From assembly GCA_002383485.1 (NCBI GenBank), contig DFYY01000022.1, forward strand, positions 91,575 to 155,574: 64,000 nucleotides of DNA, given 5' to 3'. Shown here in pieces: positions 54,539 through 62,970 of this stretch. The translations under genes and the position numbers were made by a program. The notes under the pieces are model-generated. The model saw nothing but the letters and a program-made list of their open reading frames with translations. It had not been told where the DNA came from and did not search any database. Source of the stretch: Bacteroidales bacterium UBA4070 (GTDB taxonomy: Bacteria > Bacteroidota > Bacteroidia > Bacteroidales > VadinHA17). Each line of letters opens with the position of its first letter. Position 1 is the first letter of the stretch.

Positions 54539-56059
54539 ATGAGCAGACCTGAGAATCAGATAATAGTAATATTCGGGGGGAGGGGTGACCTTGCCATGCG
54601 GAAAATTGTGCCGGCGCTTTATGCGCTTCATACCCAGGGGCTGATGCCTGAGAGGTATGCGATCGTGTCTACCGGAAGGAGCAAGCTTGAAGATGAAAAG
54701 TATCGTTCTGAAGTAATCGGTGCACTTGGTGATGACAGTGGCGGAGAGGGGCAGGAATCTGCCAAACGTTTTGCAGGGTCATTTCACTATATATCTGTTG
54801 ATCCTTCCATTCCTGAAGATTTTAATATTCTTTCAGAAACCCTTGTCAGGCTGAGAAAGGAGTATGGGATTTCATCCAATACTCTTTATTACCTGTCGCT
54901 TCCTCCGGAGATATATGCTGACATCTCACGAAACCTGGCGCTTGGCGGTCTCAACGTTAAGGATGATGGCTGGAAAAGGATGATCATTGAGAAGCCGTTT
55001 GGCTATGACTATGAGAGCGCGGTTGAGCTTAACCGGATACTGCTGGACAACTGGGAGGAGAGTCAGCTTTACCGGATTGATCATTATCTGGGAAAAGAGA
55101 CGGTTCAGAATATTCTGGTAACCAGGTTTTCAAACGGCATTTTTGAGCCGCTTTGGAACCGCAACTATGTGCATCATGTAGAAATAACATCCTCCGAGAG
55201 TCTGGGGGTGGAGCAGCGGGGCTCATATTATGAAGGTACGGGTGCGCTCCGCGACATGGTTCAGAACCACCTGCTGCATCTTGTCGGATTCATAGCAATG
55301 GAGCCTCCCTCCTCAATCGATTCGACATCCATAAGAAACGAACTTGTAAAGGTTTTTGAATCGCTCCGTCCGATAAAGCCTGAAGAAGTCAGTCATGCGG
55401 CTATCCGGGGCCAGTATACCGGAGCCCATGTCAGGGGGGAATGGCTGAAGGGTTATCGGGAGGAGGAAGGTGTTGATCCCGCATCTGTGACTGAAACATT
55501 CGCAGCAATAAAATTTTACATTGACAACTGGAGATGGGGTGGTGTGCCATTCTACATCAGGACCGGCAAGAGGCTTCCCACGAGGGTGACAGAAGCTGTG
55601 ATCCATTTTAAGCCTACTCCTCATTACCTCTTCTCCGGGAAAGGTACTTGCGATGGATGTAACCAGTTGATAATAAGGATACAGCCTGATGAAGGAATCC
55701 TGATCAAGTTCGGGATGAAGATACCCGGTGCCGGGTTCAACGTCAGGAACGTAAACATGGACTTTCATTATTCCGATCTTGCCGAAGGTTATATCCCGGA
55801 TGCCTATGAGCGCCTGATATATGATTGCATGAACGGCGATTCAACTCTTTACACCCGCTCAGATGCCGTTTTGGCTGCCTGGAAATTTCTCAATCCCATA
55901 CTCCGGGCCTGGAAGAATGACCATTCGGTGCCTGTCTACGGTTATCCGGCTGGTACATGGGGACCGGGAAATGCCGATGATCTTATTGAAGAACCGGAAC
56001 TGACATGGCGTTATCCGTGTAAAAATCTTGCAGATGATGGCGTTTATTGCGAATTATAA
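54539..56059 (+). CDS. zwf: glucose-6-phosphate dehydrogenase
   Basis: The NADP-binding N-terminus is IVIFGGRGDLAMRK and the active-site motif is RIDHYLGKE. Confidence 0.95.
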   Translation: MSRPENQIIVIFGGRGDLAMRKIVPALYALHTQGLMPERYAIVSTGRSKLEDEKYRSEVIGALGDDSGGEGQESAKRFAGSFHYISVDPSIPEDFNILSETLVRLRKEYGISSNTLYYLSLPPEIYADISRNLALGGLNVKDDGWKRMIIEKPFGYDYESAVELNRILLDNWEESQLYRIDHYLGKETVQNILVTRFSNGIFEPLWNRNYVHHVEITSSESLGVEQRGSYYEGTGALRDMVQNHLLHLVGFIAMEPPSSIDSTSIRNELVKVFESLRPIKPEEVSHAAIRGQYTGAHVRGEWLKGYREEEGVDPASVTETFAAIKFYIDNWRWGGVPFYIRTGKRLPTRVTEAVIHFKPTPHYLFSGKGTCDGCNQLIIRIQPDEGILIKFGMKIPGAGFNVRNVNMDFHYSDLAEGYIPDAYERLIYDCMNGDSTLYTRSDAVLAAWKFLNPILRAWKNDHSVPVYGYPAGTWGPGNADDLIEEPELTWRYPCKNLADDGVYCEL

Positions 56060-56088
56060 TTAGTTTTATATCCTGATTATCATACATC

Positions 56089-56832
56089 ATGTCACATTCA
56101 GTCAGAGTGTTCCCCACCCGTGAAGCCCTGGCTCAAAGTTTTGCGGCGATACTGATCAAGGATCTGGACCGCATAGAGCCTGATCACTTCTATACTATAG
56201 CACTGTCAGGCGGATCAACGCCTGAATATATCTTCCGCTACCTGTCAGAATACTATGCCGAAAGGATCAGCTGGGAGAAGCTGTTGGTATTCTGGGGCGA
56301 CGAACGGTGTGTGCCCCCTGAGGACGAAGAGAGCAACTACAGGATGGCTTACGAGAGCCTGCTTCAGAACGTGCCGATACCTGATGCAAACATATTCAGG
56401 ATTCGCGGAGAGGATGACCCTGCAATTGAAGCCCGCCAGTATTCGGAACTGGTGAGCAGCACGGTTCCTGAATACCGCGATCTGCCTCAATTTGACCTTA
56501 TGCTGCTGGGACTGGGTGATGACGGGCATATCGCCTCCATCTTCCCTGACAGGCCGGATCTCCTGACAACCGGTCAGCTCTTTGAGGTGGTTACCAGGCC
56601 TGACGGGAAACAGAAAAGAATCACTGCTACAGGGCGGCTGATAAACAATTCCTCGAAAATTTATTACATTGTAACCGGAAAGGGTAAGTCATCCATCGTG
56701 TCAGCCATCATCGAAGGGAAAAGCGGATCTGATCTTTATCCGGCTTCCGGAATCATGCCCGGGTCAGGTCATCTGGTCTGGATGCTTGATACAGAAGCAG
56801 CTTCCATGCTTAAGGCCGGGGAAAATAAATAA
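56089..56832 (+). CDS. pgl: 6-phosphogluconolactonase
   Basis: The motifs are IALSGGSTP and LLGLGDDGHIASIFP. Confidence 0.9.
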   Translation: MSHSVRVFPTREALAQSFAAILIKDLDRIEPDHFYTIALSGGSTPEYIFRYLSEYYAERISWEKLLVFWGDERCVPPEDEESNYRMAYESLLQNVPIPDANIFRIRGEDDPAIEARQYSELVSSTVPEYRDLPQFDLMLLGLGDDGHIASIFPDRPDLLTTGQLFEVVTRPDGKQKRITATGRLINNSSKIYYIVTGKGKSSIVSAIIEGKSGSDLYPASGIMPGSGHLVWMLDTEAASMLKAGENK

Positions 56833-56849
56833 TCATTAAATATAGTGGT

Positions 56850-57986
56850 ATGATCGCAGGAATTCTCAGGGAATCCGGAGGTGAACAGAGGGTCGCTCTT
56901 CTTCCCGGCGAGACAGCAGCAGTAATTAAACTCGGACTGAAGGTCGTGGTGGAAAAAGGTGCGGGGGATGGCGCCTTTGTCACCGATGAGGAGTACCGGT
57001 CAGCGGGTGCCTCAGTTGCTGTCCGCAGCGAGGTGATAACAGGTGCCGATCTGTTGTTTACGGTTAATCCTCCGCCATTGGATGATCTCCCGCTATTCAG
57101 GGAGGGACAGATACTGTTCACCGTGCTGGATCCATCCAGCAACAGGGACTGGCTGGAGAAGGCTCGCACCATGGGCCTGACGGTTCTGGCGCTTGATCTC
57201 GTTCCCCGTATCACGCGTGCCCAGTCTATGGATATTCTCTCTTCCATGGCTACCGTTGCAGGTTACAAGGCCGTTCTGGAAGCAGCATCGCTTTTACCCA
57301 GATTCTTTCCGATGTTTATGTCAGCCGCCGGCACAATCAAACCTGCCAGGGTACTCATTCTTGGTGCAGGAGTTGCAGGTTTGCAGGCTATTGCAGTAGC
57401 GCGCAAGCTTGGAGCCGTGGTGGAGGTATTCGATGTGAGATCGGCAGTAAAGGACGAGGTTAAGAGCCTCGGAGGCAAGTTTATTGAGGTGGAAGGAGCA
57501 CGGGAAGACAGTGCTGCCGGTGGATATGCGGTTGAACAGACCGATGAGTTCAGAAAGAAGCAGCAGGATCTTATACAGCAGCGAGCGGCAGCGGCTGATG
57601 TCATAATTGCCACTGCCCAGATACCGGGCAGAAGAGCCCCGGTGCTGGTTCTGAAGGAGACGGTTGCCAGGATGAAGCAGGGTTCAGTAATCATTGACCT
57701 GGCTGCATCCTCCGGAGGTAACTGCGAACTGACTGAAAACGGGAGACATGTGATTGCAAATGGTGTTACAATCGTGGGCCGATCGGACTACCCCTCAGTG
57801 ATGTCAGTTGATGCCAGCAGGATGTTTGGAAATAACCTTCTCAACCTGCTCAGGATAATGACTGACAAGGATGGGAACGTCAGGCCTGACCCTGCTGACG
57901 AGATAGTTATGGGGACAACGGCAGTCAGCGGAGGAGAGTACCGCAGTCCGAGAGTGAAACAGTTGCTTGACATAAAACAGATCTGA
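56850..57986 (+). CDS. pntA: NAD(P) transhydrogenase alpha subunit, part 1 (dI)
   Basis: Alanine-dehydrogenase-like fold. The NAD-binding segment is VLILGAGVAGLQAIAVARKLGA. Confidence 0.9.
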   Translation: MIAGILRESGGEQRVALLPGETAAVIKLGLKVVVEKGAGDGAFVTDEEYRSAGASVAVRSEVITGADLLFTVNPPPLDDLPLFREGQILFTVLDPSSNRDWLEKARTMGLTVLALDLVPRITRAQSMDILSSMATVAGYKAVLEAASLLPRFFPMFMSAAGTIKPARVLILGAGVAGLQAIAVARKLGAVVEVFDVRSAVKDEVKSLGGKFIEVEGAREDSAAGGYAVEQTDEFRKKQQDLIQQRAAAADVIIATAQIPGRRAPVLVLKETVARMKQGSVIIDLAASSGGNCELTENGRHVIANGVTIVGRSDYPSVMSVDASRMFGNNLLNLLRIMTDKDGNVRPDPADEIVMGTTAVSGGEYRSPRVKQLLDIKQI

Positions 57987-57988
57987 AA

Positions 57989-58291
57989 ATGGAAGGAATT
58001 CTTGATTTTTTCATGGCAAACAGGGGTACCATATATATGGTTATTCTCTCTGTTTTTCTTGGCATTGAGGTGATCAGCCATGTGCCGGCAATACTTCATA
58101 CTCCTCTTATGTCAGGAGCAAATGCCATACACGGCGTGGTAATAATAGGAGCAATCATCGTCATGGGTCATGCCGAAACTACCGGTGCAATGATACTTGG
58201 ATTCCTGGCTGTGGTACTGGGAACCCTCAACGTAGTAGGAGGATTCGTAGTGACCGACAGGATGCTTGAGATGTTCAAAAAGAAGAAGTAA
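57989..58291 (+). CDS. NAD(P) transhydrogenase alpha subunit, part 2 (membrane)
   Basis: 100 aa with three predicted TM helices, positioned between the dI and beta subunit genes. Confidence 0.85.
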   Translation: MEGILDFFMANRGTIYMVILSVFLGIEVISHVPAILHTPLMSGANAIHGVVIIGAIIVMGHAETTGAMILGFLAVVLGTLNVVGGFVVTDRMLEMFKKKK

Positions 58292-58328
58292 CCCAACATT
58301 AAGTCTGACAGTTTCAAACCACCGCCCC

Positions 58329-59765
58329 ATGAACGACGTAATGCATTTTTCCACAGGCCTTTCCATCCTCGAGATTTCCTACATTCTGGCTTCTGTCTTA
58401 TTCATACTCGGACTGAAGATGCTCAGTCACCCTCTCACGGCGAGAAGGGGTAATTCCCTTGCAGCCGTAGGTATGGTACTGGCTATTGCTGCAACACTGC
58501 TGTTTCACGAAAAGGATGGCGAGCCTATAGGGAATATTGGCTGGGTCCTTGCTGCAATGGCAATCGGAACTGCCATCGGGTGGGTGATAGCCAGGAGGGT
58601 GAAGATGACAGACATGCCTCAGCTGGTCTCATTCTTTAACGGAATGGGCGGTGCTGCCGCGGCGCTCATCTCACTGATGGAGTTTCCGCATGTAAGCGGG
58701 GAACTCATAATGAAGAGCGGTATGTCCAACGGTCATGTGCTTGCAATTCTGCTTGGTCTGGTAATCGGTACGGTCTCCTGGGCCGGAAGTATGATTGCCT
58801 TTGGCAAGCTCGACGGCCGTATCGGCGATCTGAGAGTGAAAGCCATGAAGTATGTCAACCTCTCAATCCTGGCCGCTATAATCATATTCATTATCTATAT
58901 TATGACACGTGATGTTGCAGCCTCATCCGAACTGACTCACCTTGTGATCATCCTCTTCTTTGTCTCGGTCGTATATGGAGTGTTGTTCGTCATACCCATC
59001 GGAGGGGCCGACATGCCTGTCGTGATTTCGTTGCTGAACAGTTTCACCGGAGTTGCGGCAGCCATGGGTGGTTTTCTTTACCAGAACCAGGCGATGCTGA
59101 CTGGTGGTATCCTTGTAGGTTCAGCCGGTACAATTCTTACAATCCTCATGTGCCGGGCAATGAACCGTTCGCTCCTGAATGTGATAATTGGTGTGTTCGG
59201 TGGTGGAGGGGCTGCAGTGACAGGCGTTGCCGGCACGGTTAAGGAGATAACAGTGTCCGATGCCGCGGTGCTTCTCAGCTATTCAAAAAAGGTTGTGATT
59301 GTGCCCGGTTACGGTCTTGCAGTAGCACAGGCACAGCATATATGTCATGAACTTGATAAAATGCTTGAGGAGAAGGGAGTGGAGGTCAGGTATGCCATCC
59401 ACCCCGTTGCCGGCCGCATGCCCGGGCACATGAACGTGCTTCTGGCGGAGGCGGATGTGCCGTATGAACAGCTAATAGAGAGTGATGAGATTAATGCGGA
59501 TATGCCAAATACTGACGTGATCGTTGTGATCGGGGCCAATGACGTCGTAAATCCGGCGGCTGAAGATGATCCTTCGAGCCCGATATACGGTATGCCTATC
59601 GTCAGGGCACGTGAGGCAAGAAATATCATTGTCATGAAACGGGGGATGGGTAAAGGCTACGCTGCCATTGAAAATATGCTCTTCTTCCATGACAAGACCC
59701 GGATGCTTTTCGGCGATGCCAAATCAACGTTGCAGGCATTGGTCAATGAGGTAAAAGCGTTGTAA
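58329..59765 (+). CDS. pntB: NAD(P) transhydrogenase beta subunit
   Basis: A multi-TM N-terminal half and a C-terminal dIII domain (VIVPGYGLAVAQAQH, GANDVVNPAA). I prefer the ATG at 58329. Confidence 0.9.
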   Translation: MNDVMHFSTGLSILEISYILASVLFILGLKMLSHPLTARRGNSLAAVGMVLAIAATLLFHEKDGEPIGNIGWVLAAMAIGTAIGWVIARRVKMTDMPQLVSFFNGMGGAAAALISLMEFPHVSGELIMKSGMSNGHVLAILLGLVIGTVSWAGSMIAFGKLDGRIGDLRVKAMKYVNLSILAAIIIFIIYIMTRDVAASSELTHLVIILFFVSVVYGVLFVIPIGGADMPVVISLLNSFTGVAAAMGGFLYQNQAMLTGGILVGSAGTILTILMCRAMNRSLLNVIIGVFGGGGAAVTGVAGTVKEITVSDAAVLLSYSKKVVIVPGYGLAVAQAQHICHELDKMLEEKGVEVRYAIHPVAGRMPGHMNVLLAEADVPYEQLIESDEINADMPNTDVIVVIGANDVVNPAAEDDPSSPIYGMPIVRAREARNIIVMKRGMGKGYAAIENMLFFHDKTRMLFGDAKSTLQALVNEVKAL

Positions 59766-59825
59766 ATAAGGCAATAGTCAGTAGACAATTGGCAGTAGTG
59801 GAGCTATTCATAGTATATGTCAACC

Positions 59826-60935
59826 CTATTCCCTGCTGCCTTTGTCTATGACATCAGAAATATGTCCCCAATACTTCAGATGGAACTTCAGGCTCTTCTT
59901 GTCAAGCATTGAATGCAGGGTGGCAGGTTTGTCATCAGGTGCGAATCTGACCGGGGCACGGTCCTCGTAAAGAGCTGAAACCTCCGGATGAAACTGTACG
60001 GAGAAGACGTTAGGATACTTCCTGTGCACTATTCCTTCGATTATTTTACCGTCGTCTGAACGTGCCGTCACCTCAAATACCGGGGCCAGATCATTTATAG
60101 CCTGGTGATGACTGCTGTAAACTACCGGCTGCATCTTTCGTGAAACCTTTACGGTCTTTCCAAAGAACATGCTTTCAGTGAACCTTACAGGATGCATGTT
60201 GATACCCATGAAGTCATTGCCTTCCCTGATATTCTGCCAGTAATTGCGGTGAAGGTTCTTGCGGTCAATCAATACATGTGTCTCCGGTTTGGTGCTTTCG
60301 TACAGCTGAGCCGGAATATCCTGCCAGAGCGTTCCTCCGGCTGCTACGTTCATCGACTGCAGTCCGAGGCAGAAGCCTGTGACCATATATCCCGGGTTCT
60401 CCTCGAGGAGAGGTCTGTAGGCCGCATTGCGTGTGCTCCCCAGCAGGTGAAAGAGGAAGCTGACCTCAAAATAGTGTCGCCCGGGATCAGTGGTTTCCGA
60501 ATACCAGTTCTCCTGCCCGTATAAAGCCGGGGGGATGTCCTGTCCCCCGAAGAAAATGATTCCGACTGAGTTACGAAACATCTTTCTGAAATCATCACTG
60601 CACGCATTCTGTTTGTAGATCATCTCCTCTGAAAGAGGTGCGTTTACTTCATACAGGTGGAAGCGGGTCAGACCATTGGCTGCAATATACTCAGCCGACT
60701 GGTTGAAGTCGTACTTCTGGCTGGAGTGGTAGACGCCGACGAAATCAATTATCCCGTCATCTGTGTTAAGAATTCCGTTATGCAGAAGGAAGCTTACTAC
60801 GCCAATGTTATCGGCGGTGGGATTTGCAAGTATTACATACTTTTTATCCTTGCTGAAGTCGCTCCTGAAGAAATCCTGTGAAAAGAGGGAGACTGACAGG
60901 AAGGTAACCGTGATGAGCAGAAAGAACCTTTTCAT
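59826..60935 (-). CDS. secreted class I glutamine amidotransferase-like / peptidase C26 (gamma-glutamyl hydrolase-type) protein
   Basis: The signal peptide is at the preferred start (MKRFFLLITVTFLSVSLFSQ). The nucleophile elbow is GFCLGLQ, with SSHHQAI and VQFHPE also present. Confidence 0.75.
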   Translation of the reverse strand: MKRFFLLITVTFLSVSLFSQDFFRSDFSKDKKYVILANPTADNIGVVSFLLHNGILNTDDGIIDFVGVYHSSQKYDFNQSAEYIAANGLTRFHLYEVNAPLSEEMIYKQNACSDDFRKMFRNSVGIIFFGGQDIPPALYGQENWYSETTDPGRHYFEVSFLFHLLGSTRNAAYRPLLEENPGYMVTGFCLGLQSMNVAAGGTLWQDIPAQLYESTKPETHVLIDRKNLHRNYWQNIREGNDFMGINMHPVRFTESMFFGKTVKVSRKMQPVVYSSHHQAINDLAPVFEVTARSDDGKIIEGIVHRKYPNVFSVQFHPEVSALYEDRAPVRFAPDDKPATLHSMLDKKSLKFHLKYWGHISDVIDKGSRE

Positions 60936-61130
60936 AATATGATTTATTTCGTGTGAATTTAGCACCAAAAGGGGATAATTGCAATCGCTTCTGCTGAAGA
61001 AGCATAAATCGGGCTTCATTGGAAATCAGCAACCCCCTTGGGACAACAGCCCCGGTTGATCAATAGACATGGATTAAAAAATCTCAACTACCTGGATACT
61101 TATATTGATAAAACAATTATTTTTGTTTCG

Positions 61131-61146
61131 TCATTTCCCGAAATGA
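61131..61146. promoter_or_regulatory. palindrome TCATTTC-CC-GAAATGA abutting the arsR-family start codon
   Basis: Perfect 7-bp inverted repeat ending 2 nt before the ATG at 61148. Confidence 0.4.
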
Positions 61147-61147
61147 A

Positions 61148-61465
61148 ATGGAGCCAAAGCAGACGAGGAAGAAATATTACACCGCTGACCAGGAGAAACT
61201 GGCAAGGTATGCTAAAGCCCTGTCGCATCCTGTAAGGGTGTTTGTAATGGACTTTCTTGCAAACAATCTCGACAAGTGCTGTTACAGCGGCGATATGGCG
61301 GAGGAGCTGCCTATTGCCCGTTCGACTCTTTCGGAGCATCTGAAGGAGTTGAAGAAGGCAGGTCTTATTCAGGGTGAGATCAACCCTCCCTACATCAAAT
61401 ACTGTATCAACCGTGAGAATTGGGATGAGGCGAAGGATTTGCTCGACAGATTTTTCAGGCGGTAA
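61148..61465 (+). CDS. ArsR/SmtB family metalloregulatory transcription factor
   Basis: 105 aa. The wHTH pattern is LARYAKALSHPVRVFVMDFL, and a vicinal Cys pair (DKCCYSGD) sits at the usual alpha-3 sensing position. Confidence 0.85.
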   Translation: MEPKQTRKKYYTADQEKLARYAKALSHPVRVFVMDFLANNLDKCCYSGDMAEELPIARSTLSEHLKELKKAGLIQGEINPPYIKYCINRENWDEAKDLLDRFFRR

Positions 61466-61480
61466 AAAAATTTATAATTG

Positions 61481-61502
61481 TATTTCGCCGTTTTACGAAA
61501 TA
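61481..61502. promoter_or_regulatory. operator-like palindrome TATTTCG-N8-CGAAATA
   Basis: 7-bp arms with spacer ccgtttta, 16 nt upstream of the thioredoxin-like gene. It is near-identical to the site at 62933-62953. Confidence 0.45.
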
Positions 61503-61517
61503 ATTGAAAGAAAAGAA

Positions 61518-61751
61518 ATGGAAATCAAGATTCTGGGTCCCGGGTGTCCTAAATGCAAAATCCTGGAAAAGCTTACACGTGAAGTGGTTGAACAGAGTGG
61601 TATTGATGCGACCGTCACCAAGGTTGATGACATTGTCGCAATAATGAATTATGGTGTGATGACAACACCGGCACTTGTTATTGACGGGAAGGTGGTTGTG
61701 AAAGGCCGGGTACCCTCAGCCGAAGAGATCAGGAAATTATTGACCAATTAA
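61518..61751 (+). CDS. small thioredoxin-fold protein (redox-active disulfide protein 2 type)
   Basis: 77 aa. The start is MEIKILGPGCPKC with a CXXC motif. I prefer the ATG at 61518. Confidence 0.8.
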   Translation: MEIKILGPGCPKCKILEKLTREVVEQSGIDATVTKVDDIVAIMNYGVMTTPALVIDGKVVVKGRVPSAEEIRKLLTN

Positions 61752-61763
61752 TACTGCACTGCA

Positions 61764-62216
61764 ATGAAAAAAGTTCTGCCTGTTTTGGCTGTTGTCGCCG
61801 TGGCTGCGGCAGTTATTGCAATTCTGGCTTTCAGGAGCGGCGCTTCCCGTGAAGAAGCGGTTACCGCCGGCCTGTCGGGTGATAAAGTGGAGGTTCTCTA
61901 TTTCCATCTGACCCGGCGTTGTGTCACGTGTCAAGCCGTTGAAAATGTGTCAAGAGAGGCCGTTAAAGAACTTTACCCGGCTGAGGTTGGAAAGGGAACC
62001 GTTGTTTTCAGGACTCTTAATATTGAAGACAAGTCCTCAGAGGCTGACGCCGCAAGGGCCAAGGCTACCGGACAGTGCCTTCTGGTTATAAGCGGTGATA
62101 CCAGGATTGACCTTACAAGCGAGGGTTTCATGAATGCACGAAACAGCCCTGAGAAGCTGAAGGAAGTGATTAAAAAGACTGTTGACCCACTGCTGACTGC
62201 ATTAAAGAGTAATTGA
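61764..62216 (+). CDS. membrane-anchored thioredoxin-like protein (possibly the family named ArsF in databases)
   Basis: 150 aa with an N-terminal TM helix and a CVTC motif (LTRRCVTCQ). The family name is recalled from memory only. Confidence 0.55.
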   Translation: MKKVLPVLAVVAVAAAVIAILAFRSGASREEAVTAGLSGDKVEVLYFHLTRRCVTCQAVENVSREAVKELYPAEVGKGTVVFRTLNIEDKSSEADAARAKATGQCLLVISGDTRIDLTSEGFMNARNSPEKLKEVIKKTVDPLLTALKSN

Positions 62217-62917
62217 TGGAGTTACTGCAGAAGATACTGGAGAACTCTCAGTACTCATTTATTACGGCGGCGATTCTGGGACTGATGACAGCCATCAGCC
62301 CCTGTCCGCTTGCAACCAATATTTCAGCAATTGGCTTCATCAGCCGTGACCTGACCGACAGGAAGAGAGTTTTCCTCAACGGGCTGGTGTATACACTGGG
62401 AAGGGCGATTACCTATGTTGGTATTGCGCTCATCATTTTTTTCGGAGCCAGCCAGATGGATATCTCAGGCTGGTTTCAGCGATGGGGTGAAAAGGTTCTT
62501 GGTCCGGTGCTGATTATTATCGGCCTTTTCATGCTCGATATTATAAAGCTGAGACTTCCGGGAGGTATGGGCTCTTTAACCGAGAAGCTTGGAGAGAAGG
62601 GCAGAAAGAGCTACCTGAGCACCCTGTTGTTGGGGATATTGTTTGCGATGGCTTTCTGCCCGTACAGCGGGGTTCTCTATTTCGTCATGCTTATTCCGAT
62701 GACAGTGGCAAGTGCCGAAGGGCTTTATCTCCCGTTGATTTTTGCCATTGCAACCGGCATTCCGGTGATAATCTTTGCGTGGCTGCTGGCATATGCCGTC
62801 GGGAATATAGGGAAAGTATACAGTTCCCTGAAGAGCTTCGAACTATGGTTCAGGAGGGTAGTTGCCGTACTTTTTATCGGTGTCGGTATATGGTATATAT
62901 TTTCAGTGTGGTATTGA
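62213..62917 (+). CDS. CcdA/DsbD-like thiol-disulfide transfer membrane protein
   Basis: 234 aa and multi-TM. The conserved SPCPL motif lies in the first helix. The start overlaps the previous stop (ATGA). Confidence 0.7.
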   Translation: MMELLQKILENSQYSFITAAILGLMTAISPCPLATNISAIGFISRDLTDRKRVFLNGLVYTLGRAITYVGIALIIFFGASQMDISGWFQRWGEKVLGPVLIIIGLFMLDIIKLRLPGGMGSLTEKLGEKGRKSYLSTLLLGILFAMAFCPYSGVLYFVMLIPMTVASAEGLYLPLIFAIATGIPVIIFAWLLAYAVGNIGKVYSSLKSFELWFRRVVAVLFIGVGIWYIFSVWY

Positions 62918-62932
62918 TTTTTTTTGCAAACA

Positions 62933-62953
62933 TATTTCGTGTTTTTACGAAAT
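62933..62953. promoter_or_regulatory. second copy of the operator-like palindrome ATTTCG-N8-CGAAAT
   Basis: tATTTCG-tgttttta-CGAAATg lies 18 nt upstream of the permease ATG. Confidence 0.45.
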
Positions 62954-62970
62954 GATAACTATAGTCTGAT

